From Amoebophrya sp. A120 (lineage: Eukaryota > Protista > Dinoflagellata): a stretch of DNA of 64,000 bases. The stretch is taken from NCBI GenBank assembly GCA_905178155.1, contig CAJINV010000001.1, positions 9,941,865 to 10,005,864 on the forward strand. The letters run 5' to 3'. The notes beneath the pieces were generated by a model. It was not told the DNA's origin. It ran no database searches and saw only the letters and a program-made list of their open reading frames with translations. This document shows positions 63,803 through 64,000 of this stretch, piece by piece. Every line of letters begins with the position of its first letter. Within the stretch, counting starts at the first letter, position 1. Both the position numbers and the translations under genes were made by a program.

Positions 63803-64000
63803 TATCAATTGTAAAAATGTCTGGGTCTGGAAGATTGCAACTTGTCATGCTAAATCTGCAGCATGCAAAAATCTGTGTTGCATGATTACCAAAAGTCGTC
63901 CAGTTTTGACCAAGTCGGGAGGTAGTTTGTCATGCAGGATAGGCATTAGAAAGGTCTCGCAGAATCTGTCATGCTAGGTCCTGCATTCCAGACCTCATGG
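63803..64000. mobile_element. Second copy of the same MITE-like introner family, truncated by window end
   Basis: Starts tatcaattgtaaaaatgtctgggtctggaa (28/30 to the previous copy), has the same internal gtcatgc motifs, and the probable start of the right TIR (ttccagacc) appears at ~63987. Confidence 0.8.

Overview
Eukaryotic, intron-containing genomic DNA. The beta-tubulin N-terminus ([11 protein letters not shown]), the long co-oriented gene array and transposon-derived introns suggest a dinoflagellate-lineage alveolate such as Amoebophrya/Syndiniales (inference). The left end holds two minus-strand genes (aspartic-protease-like, NCKX Na/Ca-K exchanger). A divergent strand-switch region follows, containing a 3.4-kb non-autonomous LTR retroelement with LTRs, PBS, PPT and a 5-bp TSD. 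Then about 52 kb of + strand genes: a 2OG-Fe(II) oxygenase and a secreted protein inside an apparently exact 4044-bp tandem duplication, a MICAL-type monooxygenase, an RTEL1/FANCJ-type helicase, a large type-I membrane protein, three 14-Cys putative GPI-anchored paralogs, beta-tubulin, an N-glycosylation-repeat protein, a multipass membrane protein, a double Cys-domain protein and an EF-hand protein. The most striking signal is two unrelated TIR transposons (TAT...ATA ends, 5-bp G-NNN-G target duplications) inserted in exons. Each is predicted to splice as a GT-AG intron that leaves exactly one duplicated codon, and a third copy is truncated by the window end. All gene models were derived by eye and are unverified by transcripts.
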